64,000 nt of DNA from a virus. Taxonomy: Duplodnaviria > Caudoviricetes. The notes under the pieces are model-generated. The model did not search any database and was not told where the DNA came from. It saw only the letters and a list, made by a program, of their open reading frames with translations. Both the position numbers and the translations under genes were made by a program. Positions 17,541-26,700 of the stretch are shown in pieces. The stretch lies in the IMG/VR virus record IMGVR_UViG_3300044723_011313, positions 2,942 through 66,941 of that record. One strand, 5' to 3'. Positions within the stretch are counted from its first letter, which is position 1, and each line of letters opens with the position of its first letter.

Positions 17541-18228
17541 GGGAAGTAGATTTGCCAAAGAAGGATACACATTCCCCAAGCCACTAATCGATGTCAACGG
17601 AAAGCCAATGATCCAAACTGTTGTGGAGAATTTGGATTTTGACTGCGAATATATTTTCTTGGTTAGAAAAGAACACATCGAAAAATACGAAGGTCTTCTT
17701 CATACTCTAGATAGAATTACCAACGATCACTTTAGTTATGTTATTGTTGATGGTCTAACAGAAGGGGCAGCTTGTACTGCACTTTTAGCCGAGCATTTGA
17801 TCAATGATGACGATGACTTGCTTATTGCTAACTCGGATCAATTCATCGAGTATCACCCTCAAAACTTTTTATCTTTGAAAAATATGACTACGGCTGATGC
17901 TGTTGTTTTCACATTCAATGCAGTTCATCCTAAGTGGTCTTTTGTAAAGACAAATGCTCGTGGATTTATCACAGAGGTAGCAGAGAAAAAGCCTATTTCT
18001 GATATTGCGACTTGCGGTATTTATTGGTATCGCAAAGGGTCAGACTTTGTAAAGTATGCAAAGCAAATGATTGAAAAAGATATTAGAGTAAATAATGAGT
18101 TTTATATCGCTCCAGTTTATAATGAGTTGATTGGTGATGGAAAAACACTTATTCCATTTTATGTCCACAAGATGTGGGGACTTGGAACACCAGAAGATCT
18201 CAAATATTATTTAGAAAACAAAAAATGA
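17512..18228 (+). CDS. Sugar-phosphate nucleotidyltransferase
   Basis: IPMAGEGSRF, PKPLIDV, TEGAACT, NSDQ, EKKPIS, EFYIAPVYN, GLGTPEDL. Confidence 0.85.
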   Translation: MKVLIPMAGEGSRFAKEGYTFPKPLIDVNGKPMIQTVVENLDFDCEYIFLVRKEHIEKYEGLLHTLDRITNDHFSYVIVDGLTEGAACTALLAEHLINDDDDLLIANSDQFIEYHPQNFLSLKNMTTADAVVFTFNAVHPKWSFVKTNARGFITEVAEKKPISDIATCGIYWYRKGSDFVKYAKQMIEKDIRVNNEFYIAPVYNELIGDGKTLIPFYVHKMWGLGTPEDLKYYLENKK

Positions 18229-18665
18229 TCAAGATAGCACATCGAGGCAATCTCCAAGGTCCAAACCAGAGATTTGAGAATGAACCGTCTTACATTATAG
18301 AAGCCCTAAAAGAGGGTTTTAATGTAGAGGTCGATGTTTGGCTAATGGAAGACAGACTATATTTGGGTCATGACATACCAGAGTATTTGGTAGGTTTAAA
18401 CTTTCTAAAAAACGATAAATTCTGGTGTCATTGCAAAAACATAGAAGCATTGCAGTTTCTAATGAAGAAAGGTATAAGGTGTTTTTTTCATGACACAGAC
18501 GATGCTACACTCACAAGTGATGGATATATTTGGACTTATCCCGGAAAACACTTGACAGAAAATTCTATATGTGTTATGCCTGAGAGAACAAACTGGGAAA
18601 TAAAAAGTTATGTAGCAGGAGTTTGCTCTGACTTTGTTTTAGGTATAGAGGATTATATAATATGA
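18225..18665 (+). CDS. Small GDPD-like phosphodiesterase
   Basis: IAHRGN, EVDVW, LGHD, WCHCKN, GVCSD; start at the ATGA overlap. Confidence 0.7.
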   Translation: MIKIAHRGNLQGPNQRFENEPSYIIEALKEGFNVEVDVWLMEDRLYLGHDIPEYLVGLNFLKNDKFWCHCKNIEALQFLMKKGIRCFFHDTDDATLTSDGYIWTYPGKHLTENSICVMPERTNWEIKSYVAGVCSDFVLGIEDYII

Positions 18666-19618
18666 AATTGGTTGTTATTACAGGCTGCTTGGGGTTTATT
18701 GGATCTCATGTTACCAAGAAATGCTTAGATTTAGGTTGGAAAGTTTACGGAATCGACAACTTCACTTATGCTGCTAATGAAGATTTGGTTGGCTATTTCT
18801 TCGAAAATTACGGAGATAACTTTGACTTTGTAAGAAGTGATATCGCAGATCTCAAATACCTACCAGACTGTGACTATGTTATCAACACAGCAGCCGAAAC
18901 TCATGTTGGAAATAGTATTATTGATAGTAAAGATTTCCTAAGATCTAATATCAATGGGGTGCAAAACTTGCTTGATCTAATCAAGGCAAAACCAAATAAT
19001 GTCGATAACCGACCGATTTTGTTTCATTTTAGTACAGATGAAGTCTATGGAGACATTGTAGCAGGTGATCATTACGAAACAGACCACCTAAACCCAAGCA
19101 ATCCTTATTCAGCCTCCAAAGCAGCAGCCGATATGCTTATTACTGCTTGGGCGAGAACCTATGGAATAGAATATATTATTTTTCGTCCAACAAATAACTA
19201 CGGAGAATACCAATACCCAGAGAAACTTATCCCATTATCGGTCAAACTTTTACAACGAGGTAAGAAAATTAGACTTCACGACGAAGGAAAGCCGGTTCGT
19301 AACTGGTTGCATGCTGAAGATACGGCAAATGCGGTCATAAGTATCGTAAATAGTGGAAAAGTAAATGAAATTTACAATGTTGCTGGTGGCTTCGAGCAAG
19401 AAAATCGAGAGACAGTAAGAAAAATTATTGAATGTTTCCATGGGCAAGGTACCAACTGGCTTGATTATGTCGATTTGGGCTATAAAAGAGAAGGTCAAGA
19501 TGTGAGATATGCCCTAAACGACGACAAACTTCGCTCTTTAGGGTGGCAACCACAAAAAACATTTAACGAAGAGATACCGAAACTGGTACAATTCTATAAA
19601 AATAACTTCAAATGGTAG
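18662..19618 (+). CDS. rmlB: dTDP-glucose 4,6-dehydratase (RmlB/RfbB family)
   Basis: TGCLGFIGS, AAETHV, STDEVYG, YSASK, NNYGEYQYPEKLIP, RNWLH, DVRYAL. Confidence 0.9.
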   Translation: MKLVVITGCLGFIGSHVTKKCLDLGWKVYGIDNFTYAANEDLVGYFFENYGDNFDFVRSDIADLKYLPDCDYVINTAAETHVGNSIIDSKDFLRSNINGVQNLLDLIKAKPNNVDNRPILFHFSTDEVYGDIVAGDHYETDHLNPSNPYSASKAAADMLITAWARTYGIEYIIFRPTNNYGEYQYPEKLIPLSVKLLQRGKKIRLHDEGKPVRNWLHAEDTANAVISIVNSGKVNEIYNVAGGFEQENRETVRKIIECFHGQGTNWLDYVDLGYKREGQDVRYALNDDKLRSLGWQPQKTFNEEIPKLVQFYKNNFKW

Positions 19619-19626
19619 GAGATAGT

Positions 19627-19830
19627 ATGAAACTTTCAAAACAAGCAATGGGATCGCTGATGATGGCTCTTCAAAAGAGTCTTATGGAGCAAAGCGACAT
19701 CACTGAGACACTTGAAAAGATGGATTTTGTTCCCGGAGCAGATGAAGAAGGTACAGAAGCAGAGCTTTATGTAAAAAACCCTCCTCTGGTCAAATTTGGT
19801 AACGAGGACACAGTAGAAGAGGGCGAATAA
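19627..19830 (+). CDS. Small hypothetical protein
   Basis: GGAG 5 nt before ATG 19627; TAATG-coupled to the next gene. Confidence 0.65.
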   Translation: MKLSKQAMGSLMMALQKSLMEQSDITETLEKMDFVPGADEEGTEAELYVKNPPLVKFGNEDTVEEGE

Positions 19831-20072
19831 TGCCAAACTATGTGTATGAATGCTCTGACTGCGAAGAAGTAATGGAGATTTATCACTCCATGAGTGAAGA
19901 TAGGACCGATTGTGAAGTCTGCGGAGCCAAAAGTACACTAAATAAGATTCCAGAAGTGCCGATTTATGTAAAGTCGAATGCTGCTGGTAATGTTGTAAAG
20001 CAACATATCGAAGAAGCTAAGCAACAAGTCCGTGAGGACAAAGAACAAATGCGAAAGGACTATACAGGTTGA
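19830..20072 (+). CDS. FmdB-like zinc-ribbon protein
   Basis: MPNYVYECSDC ... CEVCG, two CxxC pairs. Confidence 0.75.
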   Translation: MPNYVYECSDCEEVMEIYHSMSEDRTDCEVCGAKSTLNKIPEVPIYVKSNAAGNVVKQHIEEAKQQVREDKEQMRKDYTG

Positions 20073-20371
20073 GCTTGCTAATCTTATTTTTGATACTTTC
20101 AGTAAGCATCAATGTGCTATTGGTCTGGTATATTAGAAAAATGCTACAGAAACTTCTTTATATCTCTGATAGCATCGGATCTTTATTGGTATCAGCCAAG
20201 GACTTTTCCCGACACTTAGATGGTTTACATTCTATGGAAATGTATTATGGGGATGAGACACTTGGAGGATTGATTAGACACTCTAAACAAGTCATAGAAG
20301 ACATAAAAGAGTTTGAAGACATCTATGAACTAACCAATGAAGGGTTGGTAGAAGATGAAGAACAAGAATAA
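20069..20371 (+). CDS. Single-pass membrane protein with coiled-coil/acidic tail
   Basis: TTG start overlapping the upstream TGA; N-terminal hydrophobic helix followed by WYIRK. Confidence 0.6.
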   Translation: MSLLILFLILSVSINVLLVWYIRKMLQKLLYISDSIGSLLVSAKDFSRHLDGLHSMEMYYGDETLGGLIRHSKQVIEDIKEFEDIYELTNEGLVEDEEQE

Positions 20372-21054
20372 TGCCAAAAGCAAAAAAGAAAAATTTATAT
20401 TTTACACAAGTACATGAAGATGCAATCGTCAAGTATGCGAATACAGACGATATCAAAGTAAGAACTGAATTGTATATCGATTACATCGAGCCTGCTTTCA
20501 ATGAGATGGTCGATAAGATTATCTACACATATAAGTTCACAAGCCTTCCTAACATTGAGGTTCTAAAGGATGATTGTAAGATTTGGCTTACAACTATTTT
20601 AGACAAATATGATCCGAACAAAGGCTCAAAAGCCTTTTCATATTTCTCAGTGATTACTAAGAACTGGTTTATTCACAAAGTAAAGAAGACAACACTAGAG
20701 AACAAAAGAGAAGTTCAACTAGATCAAATCCCAAAAAATATTGAGATTAGACAATTCACAGTTGTCAATGAATATGAGTCGAGCAGAGTTGAAAAAGAAT
20801 TTTGGATGAGTTTCTGGGAAGAAGTAAATTCTTGGGAAACAACCAATATGAAGCCTAACGAAGAGAAAGTTTATGAAGCAATCAGACTAATCTTTTCGAA
20901 TCCAGATCGTATTGATATTTTCAACAAAAAGGCAATCTATTTTTATATCAGAGAAATAACAGGTCTCAACACAAAGCAAGTTGTTAATAACCTAAATAAA
21001 ATGAGAATAAAATATAGAGTATTCAAAAAGAAATGGGATCGTGGCGATTTGTAA
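20371..21054 (+). CDS. Phage sigma factor (T4 gp55-like late sigma candidate)
   Basis: Region-2-like YDPNKGSKAFSYFSVITKNWF; C-terminal HTH-like IREITGLNTKQV; sits directly upstream of the virion block. Confidence 0.7.
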   Translation: MPKAKKKNLYFTQVHEDAIVKYANTDDIKVRTELYIDYIEPAFNEMVDKIIYTYKFTSLPNIEVLKDDCKIWLTTILDKYDPNKGSKAFSYFSVITKNWFIHKVKKTTLENKREVQLDQIPKNIEIRQFTVVNEYESSRVEKEFWMSFWEEVNSWETTNMKPNEEKVYEAIRLIFSNPDRIDIFNKKAIYFYIREITGLNTKQVVNNLNKMRIKYRVFKKKWDRGDL

Positions 21055-21070
21055 TACTTTTTTGTCCTTC

Positions 21071-21080
21071 AACTATTTAT
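21071..21080 (+). promoter_or_regulatory. Putative late-promoter motif AACTATTTAT
   Basis: Intergenic, 7 nt before ATG 21088 at the head of the structural block; no Shine-Dalgarno. Confidence 0.55.
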
Positions 21081-21087
21081 TTTTGTT

Positions 21088-21378
21088 ATGAAAGACTTAG
21101 AATCCTACATTGATGAAGCAATCAAAAATATAAGAAGCGACCGTGCTATTACCACAACTTTGCTTATGGAGTTGATGGAGTATATGAAAAGTGATGACGA
21201 ACGAAAAGAAAAGGTCGGTGTCATCGCAGCGAAGTATGTAGAAACTCTACAAAGATCAAACGAACAACTTGTCAAAGTAAGTGCTCTACTCCAGAAAAAA
21301 ACTGGAGCAGACCAAGGGCTTAGTGACGAAGATAAGAGTGAACTGTTTGATTTGATCAAGGAATCTGGTAACGGCTAA
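21088..21378 (+). CDS. Hypothetical helical protein heading the baseplate operon
   Basis: Open frame, TAATG coupling to the next gene. Confidence 0.7.
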   Translation: MKDLESYIDEAIKNIRSDRAITTTLLMELMEYMKSDDERKEKVGVIAAKYVETLQRSNEQLVKVSALLQKKTGADQGLSDEDKSELFDLIKESGNG

Positions 21379-22745
21379 TGAATGTAAAAGATTTATTAAA
21401 TGCTGGATTTGGACTTTTGAATCCTATTAGGGATACATTAGTTGGAAAAAACTTTGATACTTCTAATGTCAAAGCATTAGATGCTGTTGTCAAAAGTGCA
21501 GAAAATAGCTTCGCTCCAAATGCCACTTTGGGTTCTGGTCCTTATGTAGGAATATGCTTGAGAGTAGATGGATTTCTGAACGAAGGAACACCCGATCCAT
21601 CAAATTGGGCCACTGTTGTAAATGAATCGATCACAAAAAATAATCAATCAGAAGCACCAAGATTGTTGCAAATAAGGGTAAGAATACCTGAAATTCATAG
21701 TTCATTACCTATTCCAAATAGCCTTCCAAGCTCAACAGAAAAAAGCTCTGATCATGGAATTATAAACCTATATCCTGTATATATTGCAAAAGATACCTCT
21801 GTATCTCAAGACATACCACAAGCCGGAGATATGGTTTGGGTCGATTATCAGAACACCAATACACTAGAAGGACCATTATATCTTGGAAGAGTAACCAACA
21901 ATGTAGGAGTAAATGGAAATGCTTCTACATCTGGAAGACAATCTTTTGCAAAAACTTGTACACAAACTCCAGCAATTATTCCACCACAAACTCAACCTGT
22001 TGCTGCCTCTAACTCAGCCACAGATCCATTACAGTTTTCTCAAGCCGCTCTAGCATCATACAGTCCCAGACCTATACAGCCACAGCAAAAAAGCAGTGTT
22101 AGTTTATGTGGAGGAGACTTTGCAGTAGGAAGCTCTATTTCATTATCTGGAGAAGAATTGATGCCTTTATCAACACAAGGGGCAGGATATAAATTCAAGT
22201 TATCTACAATTAGAAGACAAGGAGGAGCTTATTACTTCCAGCCCATCATTGCAAATGCAGTTGGTTATATAGCATCTTCATATCAGAGGAGGTTGGCTGA
22301 ATTAGGGGGAAATTCTCCTCATTTCAATTATCTAATACTTGGAGACGGTAGTGCCAAAGAGGGAGGAGATTTACCTCCTCACAGATCTCACAAGACTGGA
22401 GAAGATATTGACATAGGTACACCGTGGAATACTGTAAACAAATCAGGTAGTGGAGCTATCCTAAACAAAGAAAGATTCCAAAACTTTGCTATCAATGAGA
22501 ACAATGTTAACAAACAAGCATTTCTAATTTTGATGGAAGAAATATTTAGAGCACCAGATGCAGTAAGGGGACCAAAAATTGATCTTATATTAATATCTCC
22601 GGCATTTAGAAGTATAATGGGTCCAGAGATAGAAGCTATTAAAAAAGCCTCTTCTTCGAAAAATGCAAGAATTTCTTATAGTAGTGAGTATAGGGGCAAC
22701 CACTTTCATCTTAGGTTCAAAACACCTAGTCCAGAAGTGTCATAA
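21378..22745 (+). CDS. gp5-like OB-fold baseplate protein fused to a MepA-type (LAS, M74-like) zinc peptidoglycan endopeptidase
   Basis: IRVRIPEIH and PQAGDMVWVDY (gp5/VgrG OB-like); P/Q/S-rich linker; GDGS..GG..PPHRSHKTGEDID (H-x6-D) and HFH. Confidence 0.7.
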   Translation: MNVKDLLNAGFGLLNPIRDTLVGKNFDTSNVKALDAVVKSAENSFAPNATLGSGPYVGICLRVDGFLNEGTPDPSNWATVVNESITKNNQSEAPRLLQIRVRIPEIHSSLPIPNSLPSSTEKSSDHGIINLYPVYIAKDTSVSQDIPQAGDMVWVDYQNTNTLEGPLYLGRVTNNVGVNGNASTSGRQSFAKTCTQTPAIIPPQTQPVAASNSATDPLQFSQAALASYSPRPIQPQQKSSVSLCGGDFAVGSSISLSGEELMPLSTQGAGYKFKLSTIRRQGGAYYFQPIIANAVGYIASSYQRRLAELGGNSPHFNYLILGDGSAKEGGDLPPHRSHKTGEDIDIGTPWNTVNKSGSGAILNKERFQNFAINENNVNKQAFLILMEEIFRAPDAVRGPKIDLILISPAFRSIMGPEIEAIKKASSSKNARISYSSEYRGNHFHLRFKTPSPEVS

Positions 22746-22757
22746 GGGTAAATATAT

Positions 22758-23705
22758 ATGGCTGGAAATAGTAAGAAAAAGAGCGACATCTCGAATGTTC
22801 CACAGAGAGTTAGAGAGCAACTTGATAATTTAACACCCGAAGAAAGAGCAAAATTCGAAGGCTTCGGAGGGACAAAGAAGGTAGAATCAATACCTGAGTT
22901 TATTCAATCTGATTGCGAAACAGTTTTCAAGGGAGAAAATAACAGTTGGGTTGTTCTAGGTAGAGATAGACCAGCCGGAGTTTTTTCTGGTCATGGAGGT
23001 TCTGGTGCCAGTCATGCCGCATCAATAGACATGTGTGTCGGTCGTGGTGGTGCAAAATCAGACAGAGTTGATGAAAATGACAATCCTTTATACATCAACA
23101 ATGATTTCAAAAGTGATGCTGCAAGAATTTATATTAGTCAAAAGACAGATATAGATAGGAACTTTGGTATTGTTCCGGGCATTCATGGGAATCCCACTAA
23201 TCGATCTGGTATTGGCATAAAGGCTGACAATGTTAGAATTATTGGTAGAGAAAGTATCAAATTAGTAACGAAAACGGATGATACAAACTCTAGAGATGGT
23301 AAGGTAAATGCTACCCTCGGAATCCAACTGATAGCAGGAAATGATGATTCCGACATGCAACCTCTTGTAAAGGGAGATAATTTGTTGGATGTGCTCAATA
23401 TTATTGTTGATGATATTCAGAGGTTGACACAAATAATGCACTCTATGACCATGACACAAATTGCTTTTGATGTTGTGCTTCAAGCACATACTCACCCTGT
23501 GTCTGTGGCTGGAATTCCAACTCCATTGATAACCTATCCTTCTCCGGAGGTTGCAATTGCAGGAGGAATAAAAAATATAAAAACAATCGTTATTGATGCA
23601 CCTTCTCAGATTATAGAGACAATCAATGGAGTTATGACAAATATATCATACTTGAAGAAATGGGGTTCTAGATCAATATTGAGTGACCACAACTATACAA
23701 ATTAG
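22758..23705 (+). CDS. Baseplate central spike (gp5 C-terminal/gpV-like)
   Basis: Beta-rich repeats (IGIKADNVRIIGRESIKLVT), LVKGD, then the AHTHP metal-binding tip motif. Confidence 0.65.
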   Translation: MAGNSKKKSDISNVPQRVREQLDNLTPEERAKFEGFGGTKKVESIPEFIQSDCETVFKGENNSWVVLGRDRPAGVFSGHGGSGASHAASIDMCVGRGGAKSDRVDENDNPLYINNDFKSDAARIYISQKTDIDRNFGIVPGIHGNPTNRSGIGIKADNVRIIGRESIKLVTKTDDTNSRDGKVNATLGIQLIAGNDDSDMQPLVKGDNLLDVLNIIVDDIQRLTQIMHSMTMTQIAFDVVLQAHTHPVSVAGIPTPLITYPSPEVAIAGGIKNIKTIVIDAPSQIIETINGVMTNISYLKKWGSRSILSDHNYTN

Positions 23706-23714
23706 AGAATAAAA

Positions 23715-26700
23715 ATGAGCAGCGGATACGAAGACATATATTTTAAGGTTCCTACAAAGAAGAATCTAAAACTAAAATCAAGTGTGACCATGAGATTGCC
23801 ACTAATGGACAATGAATCTTATGGAAGTATCACTGTAAGAAAAAAAGAATCAAAGCACAGTCAGAAAGTGTCAGATTCTGGTGTATACCAATATGATGTT
23901 TCTCTAGAAAGTTTGCTCAAAATGAATGCCGCTCAGGTTGCAGAACTTGTGAGTCGTGCATTTATACCAAAAGCAATAAGATATGCATTGGCATATCACT
24001 ATTTTGGATATCCAACAGTAAATTCAACAACAGATAAAGATGGAAATCTTTATTTTCCTCGTTTTGGAAAGACAGAAAATTTCCAAGGCATCGATGATGC
24101 TGCTGGAGAAAACCTCGGATCTCTAATTGAAATCGCAGAAAAGGCAGGACTTGAAGAAAATATTATAGATAAATATAGAGTCGGGCTATATGAATATTTG
24201 AGAGGTGCATATGATGAATCGGCAGGCGGCTACGGTAGCTTCAATGTATGGTTCAATACAAAAGTAGACCCAATTGAGCAAACAATAGATATTTCAAAAG
24301 TCGGTATAAAAAATGACTCTTTGGGAAAAGGTAACAGTGTCATCAGGAATGATTTTTATGATGATGTGAGACAGAATCTAACAAAAACTTATGCAAAAAT
24401 GTGGAATCCGGGATCTTCAACTGCTATGTTTATGGCAGGCTCAACTATTCCATACAACAAAGGCTTTGATGGTGTGTCGCAAAATGAAATTTTATCATAT
24501 GATAATTTCAATTTCAATGCAGATCAAAATGCCACATTACAGTTTCTAGTTGGACCAAAAGGAAATAGTAAGTGGTACTATTCTCAACAACCGGGAACAC
24601 CTGATAATGAGAAAGATTTCAAAACATCAAATCTGGTAACAGCATACAAACTCTTTCCGACAGAAGCCGGTGTGGCAGGAACCCTTATTTATTCTTTGTC
24701 TCCTAATATTGCTGTTGATCAATCGGTGGCAAAAGTGTGGGATTACATAATTGATTCTGCCCCTTTGGTGAACATAAATCAAGCAAAAGGAAATTACAAC
24801 CAGCCTGTTCAAGGAAAAGATTCAGATGGAAATGACCCACTTCCTTTGAGATTTTATGTCAATGCTGTCGACAACACAGATCTTGGAAAGCCTGATAATA
24901 CAAAACAAGGCTCTCCAACTGTGAAGCCTGAAGATCTCCAAACACTCGGATTTACTAATTATTTAGGGGGATATTATCCAAAAACCATTGCACAGACAGA
25001 AGAGAATAGGACTATTGACAATGCCTATAGCGGAGGAGATTTGTTATTCTTACCCAAGAATATTGAAGCCTTCCGTGCAATGAAAGCTTTAGCAAAAATC
25101 GGTCTAATAAACGGATGGTCGACACCTTCTAGCAAAGAATATAATAACGGTGCTCTGTATACAACAAACCATCTTTTGGAAATATACGATCCAGATAGGG
25201 ACGGCATCTTGTTTGGAAATGAAACGACTCCCGGTGCTGAAACTGATGAGAACTATGAAGAAGCATACTATCAATCTGAAACAATAGAAAGCACTCCTTT
25301 GCAGGGTGTACTCAACATGTCTCCGAGAGATTTTGATGAGTGGATGTATAATGAAGCAAATGGATTTGGAACAAACAGTGACAAAACAGGGACACAAATA
25401 CCATCTCCTGTCTCTATAATGAAAGTGTTTTCTGATCACTTTTGTGCTGGATTCTTCAAAAGAATACCAAATGGAAGTTGGTATGTTCTAAAAAATTATG
25501 CTTTTGCAAACACTGGAAAGCCAAGCAAATTAGTTTTCCCAGTTTGGAATTATAGTAAAGAAGACATTATTTCTATTGGATATGAAAGGAGAATCGATTC
25601 TAGTTCAGAGACAGAGCTTGGTCAATTTAGTTCTCAAATTCAGAGTAATCCAGAAGTCTTGTTGCAGGACAATGTTGCAGTTCCAGACTGGGTAAGTGGT
25701 CTACAAGTTTATCCTTCGATTTCTGAAGAATATATCGGATATGGTCTTGGGCTAGCTAGCATGGGAGTGTTTGCGGATCCTCCATCACAAGTTCCTCTTT
25801 CTAATGAAGAACAAAATGAATTGTATTCTATAGAAAATGAAGAATATAGAAACTTCATCTTTGATAATGTTTCCGAATGGAAAGGCTACAAAAAGGGTCA
25901 AAACTGGAACGGATCTGCTGGTCTTCCTTGGATTGGTATTGATGTAGACGAGAACGGTGTACCATTCGCAGAACTTAGATATTCTATCGAATTAGATATC
26001 GATGAGTCGATGCTTCTCACGGACATGGTAAAGAGAAATGTATTTACTCTTGGCGGAACCGCATTGGAATATGAGGCTGCTGGTTTTGATGTAGACCAGC
26101 TTTTATTGGCTACAAAAGGAAATGTCACAGGAGACTCACTTTCAGAGGCATATGAAGAAGCTGTGGCAAAACAAACAGGACCAAACATAGATTTTTCAGA
26201 GTTTCCTTTCTTAGTTACTGGAGACACAGAAGTTGGTCAAGTATTGCCAGATGAAATATATTTCGAGGCACAAAAAGTAGTAGATAAAAGAAGCGATACT
26301 AAAGCTGTGTCTAGCATAATCTTTTCTAATGAAGGCTTGAAAACTGTTGCACTCAAAGAATCTCCCGGTCCTAGAGCAAAAAACATTGGCTATTTAGACA
26401 ATTTTACACTAGTAAAAGTACTAAAAGAATCAGTAAACGGAAAGGGAGATTATAATCAGATAGAGATTGTAGATTTGAGATCTCAAAGAGAAGGGCAAGT
26501 AGGCTTTGTAGAGCCAAAAGACTTAGTATCGCTTAAGCCGCCACAATCTCCAGTACTTCAGACAGATGGAACACCAGCGACATTTACAATTTCTTATCCA
26601 AAGTTTTTCAATGACCAGTTTAAATTAGAAGGTTATTCGCTTGGGGAAACAGAAATAATTCAAATGTCTGAAATGGCACGAGCATTAGTGCCTACTTGGT

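Noticed and set aside
20069-20371. Holin or spanin call for the single-TM protein
   Set aside because: No adjacent endolysin or lipoprotein partner and no diagnostic motif; left as a membrane protein of unknown function.
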